35,284 nt of DNA from Cyanobacteriota bacterium (GTDB lineage Bacteria; Cyanobacteriota; Cyanobacteriia; PCC-6307; Cyanobiaceae): the NCBI GenBank assembly GCA_041168785.1, contig JBEEKG010000020.1, positions 1 to 35,284 of the forward strand. The letters run 5' to 3'. The position numbers and the translations under genes are program-made. How positions within the stretch are numbered: position 1 is the stretch's first letter; each line of letters opens with the position of its first letter. Of this stretch, positions 29,577 to 35,284 are shown piece by piece. The notes beneath the pieces were generated by a model, which had not been told where the DNA came from, made no database searches, and saw only the letters and a program-made list of their open reading frames with translations.

Positions 29577-30625
29577 ACGCCTCACCCCTGATCACACGCA
29601 CCGACCTGCGGTTGGCCCTCACCGCCGGGCTCTCCGCTGGATTCGTGATCATGCTCGGCCTCCCCGACCCGTTCTATGCACCGTTGGCTGTGGGGGCGGC
29701 CCTGGGAGGCACGGTGGGTGCCACCCGCTTGCTGGGCACCCAACGGGTGTTGGGCACCCTGCTGGGCGGGGTGATCGTGGCGATCGGGTTCAACACCATG
29801 GGCCAGGCCCTGCCCCTGCCCCTGGGGGTGGCGGTGGCCCTGGGCCTGACGCGCATCTTCGGAGGGTCCCTCGGCCTGCGCTCCGGTTACAAGGTGGCCG
29901 GGCTCGTGGTGGCCATGGGATGGACCGTGCACCACACCAATCTGGCCAGCTGGATTCCCAGCCGACTGGTGGTGACCCTGCTCGGCGTGTTGGCGGCGTG
30001 GCTGGCGGTGAGCTGGATCTGGCCCAGCCGCGCCCTAGCCCAGCACCAGGCCCACTCCCGGCGACTGTTCGGCGAGATCGCCACCCTGCTGCGGGAACGG
30101 GCCAGCCTGTTGCTGGAGGAACGGGAGCTGGAGGCCAGCGCCCGTCTGCAGCGGCGCAACCAGCTGGTGAACGCCACTCTCCAACTCCAGAACCAGCGTC
30201 AGGAGGCCTGCCAAGAGCTGGGATACGACCTTCTGGGAGAACGGATGCAGCGTCTCTGGGACCTGCAGGAGCAATGGCTCAGCGCCGTGATCGGCCACTA
30301 CCGAACCCTGCTGCGCCTGCCGGTGGTGCCGTTGACCAGTCCAGGCCTGAAAGCCCTGATGGAGGCGGAACACGCCCTCCTGCAGAATCTGGCCGACCAA
30401 CTCGACGGCTGGGCCCAGCACTGGCCCGATGCGCCACCGCTGGGGGCCTACGCCGCCGCCGGCCCAGACCTGGAGCTGCTGGAGCTGGCTGAACAATCAG
30501 CGTTCCAGGATCCGCTTGCCACAGCGGTGTTGCTGGGCAGCAGCGGCGGACGCCGGGCGATCACCTGCCATCAACTGGTTGAAGCAAGCCGAGGCTTCCA
30601 GAACGCCTGGGCGGCGGTGCCGTGA
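29573..30625 (+). CDS. FUSC/aromatic-acid-exporter-like membrane protein (2)
   Basis: LRLALTAGL, QRVLGTLLGG and RLVVTLLG...WIWP; ATGA overlap with FUSC-1. Confidence 0.8.
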   Translation: MNASPLITRTDLRLALTAGLSAGFVIMLGLPDPFYAPLAVGAALGGTVGATRLLGTQRVLGTLLGGVIVAIGFNTMGQALPLPLGVAVALGLTRIFGGSLGLRSGYKVAGLVVAMGWTVHHTNLASWIPSRLVVTLLGVLAAWLAVSWIWPSRALAQHQAHSRRLFGEIATLLRERASLLLEERELEASARLQRRNQLVNATLQLQNQRQEACQELGYDLLGERMQRLWDLQEQWLSAVIGHYRTLLRLPVVPLTSPGLKALMEAEHALLQNLADQLDGWAQHWPDAPPLGAYAAAGPDLELLELAEQSAFQDPLATAVLLGSSGGRRAITCHQLVEASRGFQNAWAAVP

Positions 30626-30728
30626 GCGGCAGCGCCCCCAACTGCCGTCCGCCAGAGTGCACACCCTCCCAAGCCAGGGAGCGTTCCGTTCAGCAAACTG
30701 CCCAAATCAGGGGCTGATCGGCACCACC

Positions 30729-32525
30729 GTGGCAATCCGCAACTGCGCCCTGGCCCTGGTGCTACTCGGCATCCTTCCGGCCCAAGGGGCCCCGGCGGCC
30801 CTGGCCCCATCCCTCCCAACCCAGAACCCGTCGACCACCCTGCTGGAGCGAAGCTGGCAGCGCCTGGATTCGGAACTGCGCGCGCTCGATCAGCTGATCC
30901 CCAGCGAGCCCGAGCCCCCGGTGGGCAACGTGCTCAACACCCCGGAGCTACCCGCCAATCTGATCCGGGCCAACCAACCGGCCCAAGGGCCGATCCAGCC
31001 CGGCCAGATCGGAGCGAGCCCACCCCTGGATCTGCCCAGTCCCCAGCAGCTCCAAGCGGGCCGCATCGCCAGCCTCAGCCTGGAGCAGGCCGTGGCCATC
31101 GCCTTCGCCAAAAGCGCCAGCCTGCAGGCCCAGCGCGAGCAGGTGGCCGCCGCCCTGGCCAGCGTCCAGGCCGCGATGGGCACCTACTGGCCCACGATCA
31201 GCGCCTTTGCCGCCGGCGGCTACGAGGGCAGCCGCAGCACCGTCACGTCCAACAAGCCCAACGACAACCTGGGCTTTGGGCCCCAGTTCTCTCCCACAGG
31301 CCTGTCGGATAGTTCCGGCAATCCCACCGCTGGAGCGTTCTACGTGCCCAACGGGGGCAGCGTCGCGGCCACATCAGGAACCTCCGCCATCGAAGGGGGC
31401 CTGCAGCTCAACTACGCCCTCCTTGACTTCGCCCGCACGCCCAGGGTTCGGGCGGCTCGGGCCGTGCTGGAGCGGCAGCGCAACACCTATGCCAACCAGC
31501 TCCGCAGCTTGCAACTGGAGGTCAGCGAGGCCTACTACCGACTGCAGCAAAACGACCAGCTCGTGCGTGTCTACGACGCCAACGTGCGCAACGACCTGGT
31601 GATCCTGCGGGACAGCTTCGACCTCAAACAGGCCGGTCTGGTGCCGAGGCTTGACGTGCTGCGCCGCCGCGCCATCCAGGCCGCCGATGAAGAAACCCTG
31701 ATCCAGGCGCTGGCCGACCGCGCCGTGGCCCGCCGGCAGCTGGCGGTGCTACTCAACCTGCCCGCCAGCGTGACCCCCAGCCCCAGCGACCCGATCGTGG
31801 TGCAGCCCCGCTGGCCCCTCGATCTCGAAGCCAGCCTGCTGGCGGCCTATCGGGGCAATCCCGAACTGGAAGCGGTCCTGGCCACCCGCACGGCCCTGGC
31901 CCAGCAGAGCCAGGCCACCGCGGCAGGGCTGTTGCCGAAACTCTCCCTATTTGCCAACGGTGGTGGCAGCAGCTCCCAAACCAGCCTCAGCAATTTCGAT
32001 CTTGGCGGCGGCGGCTGCTGCGGCTCCACCGCGCTGCCCCTGAGCACCACCAACGGCTGGGACTGGTCGGTGGGGCTCACCTTCACCTGGCTGCTGTTTG
32101 ACGCCGGCACCACCGCGGGGCAGGCCCGGGCCCTGGCCAAGCAAGAGGCCGCCGCCGCCCAGCAATACGCGGCCAGCCGCAATGACATCCGCCTGCGCAT
32201 CGAGCAGGCCTTCTTCAACCATGAAGCCAGCCTGGCCAAGCTCAGCTCAGCTCGACGGGGGGTGGCGGCAGCCCTGGAGGCCTTCCGGGATGTGCGGCTG
32301 CGCTATCTCACCGGCCTCGACAGTGAACTCAACCTGTCCAACACCCAGGACCGTCTGATCAACGCCCTGGTGCAGCGGCTCAACGCCACGGTGGGCGTCA
32401 ACATCACCTACGCCAAGCTGCTGCGGGAACTGCTGCCGATGCCGCGCGACCCCAACCTGCCGATCCAACCCCAACTGCAGCTCACGAGCAGCAGGGGCGA
32501 GGGCAGTGTCCCGGGCCAACCCTGA
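30729..32525 (+). CDS. TolC-family outer membrane efflux protein
   Basis: Signal peptide, Pro-rich extension, LSLEQAVAIA and two OEP repeats (YWPTIS...LLDF; LLPKLS...LFDAG). GTG start at 30729 inferred. Confidence 0.88.
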   Translation: MAIRNCALALVLLGILPAQGAPAALAPSLPTQNPSTTLLERSWQRLDSELRALDQLIPSEPEPPVGNVLNTPELPANLIRANQPAQGPIQPGQIGASPPLDLPSPQQLQAGRIASLSLEQAVAIAFAKSASLQAQREQVAAALASVQAAMGTYWPTISAFAAGGYEGSRSTVTSNKPNDNLGFGPQFSPTGLSDSSGNPTAGAFYVPNGGSVAATSGTSAIEGGLQLNYALLDFARTPRVRAARAVLERQRNTYANQLRSLQLEVSEAYYRLQQNDQLVRVYDANVRNDLVILRDSFDLKQAGLVPRLDVLRRRAIQAADEETLIQALADRAVARRQLAVLLNLPASVTPSPSDPIVVQPRWPLDLEASLLAAYRGNPELEAVLATRTALAQQSQATAAGLLPKLSLFANGGGSSSQTSLSNFDLGGGGCCGSTALPLSTTNGWDWSVGLTFTWLLFDAGTTAGQARALAKQEAAAAQQYAASRNDIRLRIEQAFFNHEASLAKLSSARRGVAAALEAFRDVRLRYLTGLDSELNLSNTQDRLINALVQRLNATVGVNITYAKLLRELLPMPRDPNLPIQPQLQLTSSRGEGSVPGQP

Positions 32526-32557
32526 GGAGAGGGCCCACCAGGTGAGGGCCCTTCAGG
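32521..32557. terminator. GC-rich hairpin between convergent genes, candidate terminator or RNA-end structure
   Basis: CCTGA..AGGGCCC-ACCAGGTGA-GGGCCCT-TCAGG inverted repeat spanning both stop codons; no U-tract. Confidence 0.45.
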
Positions 32558-32747
32558 CGCCGGGCCGTGACGACCACCAGCGCTCCACCCGATAGAGGAG
32601 CACCACCAACAACACCACCAACCAGAACCACAGCTCCGGCGGGTTGGCATTGAGCAAGATCACCAACAGCACCACCTCGCTCACCAGCCAGGGACATTCC
32701 TGGCGCAGCAGGGGGTTGCGGATCTGCGACAGGGACCAGAACTTCAC
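32553..32747 (-). CDS. 64-aa two-TM, Trp-rich membrane protein
   Basis: MKFWSLSQIRNPLLRQECPWLVSEVVLLVILLNANPPELWFWLVVLLVVLLYRVERWWSSRPGA; its GTG overlaps the upstream TGA (GTGA). Confidence 0.72.
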   Translation of the reverse strand: MKFWSLSQIRNPLLRQECPWLVSEVVLLVILLNANPPELWFWLVVLLVVLLYRVERWWSSRPGA

Positions 32748-34099
32748 AGGGCTGCTCCTGGGTTGGTGTTGGGCTGACGCAGGAACGGCAAATTCCAGCG
32801 TTGATCGATCCAGGGGCTGCGGTAGCCACCGGTGAGGGAGCGCAGGCCTGGGATCACGTAGCTGATCGGCGAGCGCCATTCCACATAGGCGTGGGTCGAC
32901 ACGGTGAGGCCATCGCGGATCGGGAACACCCCGCTGCCTCCCGAGAGGGTCCAGCGGTAGCCATCGACGCTGGAGGGATCCCGCTCCAGCTCGATTTCGC
33001 TGCGCATCACCGGGCCTTTCTTGGTGAGTTCTTGGGCCAGCTGCTGGTTGCCGATGGTGGTGGAGATGTCCTCTTCGGTGGCGGGCAGGGTGAGCACCTG
33101 CGTCACCTTGCCGACGATGCCGCCGAAGCGGCCGCGCTGGTTCCAAAGGGGCACCACCTCCACCGGTAGCCCCAGGGGCAAGCGGCGCGCGTCGGCGGGT
33201 GAGAAATAGGCCACCGCCCGCAAGGGGCGGTCGTTGGCGCTGGGCTGCTCAGGCCGGCCAATCGTGCCCAGGCGCTGACCGGTGCCCACCGTTTGGCCGG
33301 GAATCACCTGAAGATCAAGCACCGTGCCGTCGCGCTCGGCCTGCACTTTGCCGTCGTAGGCGATCTTGGCCTCGGTCACCTGGATCTGACGCTTGAGGTC
33401 GTCGATCTGGTAGCGGCGCTGCAGGGCCTGGGTCTCGATGCTGAGCTTCACCTGCTGGTAATTGGTCACCACGTTCTTCTCGTTGATCTTGACGTCGTCG
33501 AGATTCACGCTGGTGCTGGTGAGCCCCTGCTCAGCCGACACCACCTCGGTGGAGAGCGGGGCCACCACCTCACGGCGGGCCAGCCACTCCAGGTTGCGCA
33601 ATTTGCTGGCATAGGTCGACTGCAACGCGCCGTAGCGGCGGCGATCGTCCGAAAATTTGGCGAGGGCCGTATCCAGGGCCCGCTTCTCGGTCACCAAGCG
33701 CAGGGCATCACGCTCATCGAGCTGGGCGTTGTGCCGCTGGAGTTGGCTCAGATTGCCGCGCTGCTGGTCGAGCTGGCGCTCCAGCACCGGCAGATAGAGC
33801 TGCAAGAGCACCTGGCCGCGACTCACCCGCTCGCCTTCCTTGACCAACAGCGTCCGCACCTGGCCACCGGAGCGGGCATTGAGAATGCCGGCGTTGTCGG
33901 GAAACACCAAGACCCCCATGCCTTCCACCTCGGTGGGCACGGGCCAGAACAGGGCCCACAGCACGAGCGCACCCCCCACTCCCGCCAGGCTCACCCCCAC
34001 CTGGCTGTGATCACTCAGCCCCTGCCAGCGGCCCTGCAACCGCTGCAGGGGGCCCCGGGACTTGGATTCTGCTGAAGCGGTTGAAGTGACCTGGGTCAT
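32744..34099 (-). CDS. HlyD-family membrane fusion protein resembling the NHLP bacteriocin secretion type
   Basis: Single TM (LWALFWPVPTEVEGMGVL), lipoyl half-motifs flanking a long coiled coil, RGRFGGIVGKV, DGYRWTLS and C-terminal PISYVIPGLRSLTG; ATG 34099. Confidence 0.87.
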   Translation of the reverse strand: MTQVTSTASAESKSRGPLQRLQGRWQGLSDHSQVGVSLAGVGGALVLWALFWPVPTEVEGMGVLVFPDNAGILNARSGGQVRTLLVKEGERVSRGQVLLQLYLPVLERQLDQQRGNLSQLQRHNAQLDERDALRLVTEKRALDTALAKFSDDRRRYGALQSTYASKLRNLEWLARREVVAPLSTEVVSAEQGLTSTSVNLDDVKINEKNVVTNYQQVKLSIETQALQRRYQIDDLKRQIQVTEAKIAYDGKVQAERDGTVLDLQVIPGQTVGTGQRLGTIGRPEQPSANDRPLRAVAYFSPADARRLPLGLPVEVVPLWNQRGRFGGIVGKVTQVLTLPATEEDISTTIGNQQLAQELTKKGPVMRSEIELERDPSSVDGYRWTLSGGSGVFPIRDGLTVSTHAYVEWRSPISYVIPGLRSLTGGYRSPWIDQRWNLPFLRQPNTNPGAAL

Positions 34100-34151
34100 G
34101 GCGCCCAGCTTGCAGGACTCCACAACGCCTGTCAGCCCCCCTCGGATCTGG

Positions 34152-35225
34152 TCAGCCCAGGCCCAGCTGCTGGAGGCGCCGCGTTGCCGCATCCGACCGA
34201 TCTCCACCCGATACCAGGGCCTGAGCCACAAGGGGCGCCAACACCGGCACCTGGCTGAAGCCCGCACTGAAGCCGGTGAACACCCAGAGTCCGGGGGCCT
34301 CCGCCACCGGCCCCACCAGGGGCAGCCCCTGGGTGCAGAAGGCCACGGGCGCCTGGCGCAGACGGCCCGGCAGCGGGGCCAAGGCTGTCGCCCAGGCCTG
34401 GTCCGCCAAACGCCCTCGTAACTGCTCCTCCACCGCCCCAGCCGGGGGCGGGGCGCCCAGCGCCAGCCCCGGTCGCACCAGGGTGTGCTGGCCCAGCAAC
34501 GCCCCCTCCCCCCGGGGCACCAGGCCCCCATCCACCAACCACTCGGGCTGGCTCAGTTCCGCGGCGCGGCGTTCCAGCTCCACCCGGCCAAAGCGGGCCG
34601 GCAAGCAGGCGGCCTGCCGGCCCTGAATCAGCGGAGAGGGGGGCAGCTCCAGCACCGCTGCCCAGCTGCTGCGCAGCCCTTCGGGCAGGCCAGGCCAGAG
34701 CTGGCGGCATCCGGCCCCCGCCGCCAGCACCACCTGGCCGGCCGCCAAGCTGGCGCCATCGTCCAGCTGCAGCCACCACCCCGGCGCCGGTGACGCGACA
34801 AGCTGCTCCACCCGGGCGACCCGGCGCGTGACGCCAGCGGCCTCCAGGGCGACGGGCAAACGGGGGGCCAGCACCGCCGTGTCCACCTGGGCAAACGGGA
34901 GCGGCCACCAAGCGGGTGAACCCTGCAGGCGGAGACGGAGGCGGCGCCAGCCCAACTCCCCGTGGCGGGTTTGCAGCCGCCGCCAATGCCGGGAGGCCCC
35001 GGCCGCCAGCCGGGCCAGGGGGGTGGGGGCCAGGGGCCAGCCCGGCAGGGCTCCATAGCTGATCGCCGTGGCCGAGCTGAAACCGGCAGCAGCACCGGAT
35101 GGTGCCACCGGCGGGGCATCTACCACGGTCACCGACATACCCAGCTCCCGCAGGGCCAGGGCCAGGAGGCTGCCCGCCAGGCCCCCACCCACGATCACCA
35201 CGCCGGCCGTGGCCGGAGCCGTCAC
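34152..35225 (-). CDS. FAD-dependent oxidoreductase (DAO/glycine oxidase-like)
   Basis: VVIVGGGLAG dinucleotide fold, VVLAAG and GLPLVGP...GLWVFTGF. Confidence 0.82.
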   Translation of the reverse strand: MTAPATAGVVIVGGGLAGSLLALALRELGMSVTVVDAPPVAPSGAAAGFSSATAISYGALPGWPLAPTPLARLAAGASRHWRRLQTRHGELGWRRLRLRLQGSPAWWPLPFAQVDTAVLAPRLPVALEAAGVTRRVARVEQLVASPAPGWWLQLDDGASLAAGQVVLAAGAGCRQLWPGLPEGLRSSWAAVLELPPSPLIQGRQAACLPARFGRVELERRAAELSQPEWLVDGGLVPRGEGALLGQHTLVRPGLALGAPPPAGAVEEQLRGRLADQAWATALAPLPGRLRQAPVAFCTQGLPLVGPVAEAPGLWVFTGFSAGFSQVPVLAPLVAQALVSGGDRSDAATRRLQQLGLG

Positions 35226-35284
35226 ACCAGCAGGGTGAACGAGGTGACCACCTGGTGGAACATGTCCTTCACCTTGGCCCAGCG
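35222..35284 (-). CDS. psbP: C-terminal fragment of PsbP (CyanoP), truncated by the window edge
   Basis: Reads RWAKVKDMFHQVVTSFTLLV*, matching the PsbP C-terminus RWxKVxxxFxxVVxSF; GTGA overlap with the oxidoreductase. Confidence 0.7.
   Translation of the reverse strand, partial: RWAKVKDMFHQVVTSFTLLV

Noticed and set aside
30429-30728. 100-codon N-terminal extension of TolC in the ORF track (similarly 34100-34531 for the MFP, 19422-19700 for recD, 28535-28948 for MgtC)
   Set aside because: These overlap neighbouring genes and lack protein-like character; downstream starts give proper N-termini.

Overview
GC-rich (about 70% by eye) chromosomal segment of a picocyanobacterium (Cyanobium/Synechococcus-like), identified by psbY, ycf54, crtH and the 3' end of psbP. 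The left edge has a Tat-exported PhoX phosphatase pointing at the 3' end of a tRNA-Lys(UUU), a possible island junction. About 2.6-23.7 kb looks like core genome: gamma-carbonic-anhydrase-like protein, psbY, trmFO, crtH, an atypical OmpR-family regulator, grxD-bolA, an acyltransferase, pdxJ-ycf54, a metallophosphoesterase-recC-recB-recD-cupin run and a DeaD-type DEAD-box helicase. About 23.7-35.3 kb looks more accessory: small hypothetical genes, a Gly-rich RRM protein, an ABC exporter, an LCP protein and an unusual envelope module. That module is MgtC-like <- -> FUSC-like, FUSC-like, TolC -> <- 64-aa membrane protein, NHLP-type membrane fusion protein, with no peptidase-containing ABC transporter or precursor peptide next to it. 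It is the best candidate for an uncharacterised system. I saw no CRISPR array, integrase, transposase or rRNA. All calls come from motif recognition by eye; no database searches were run.
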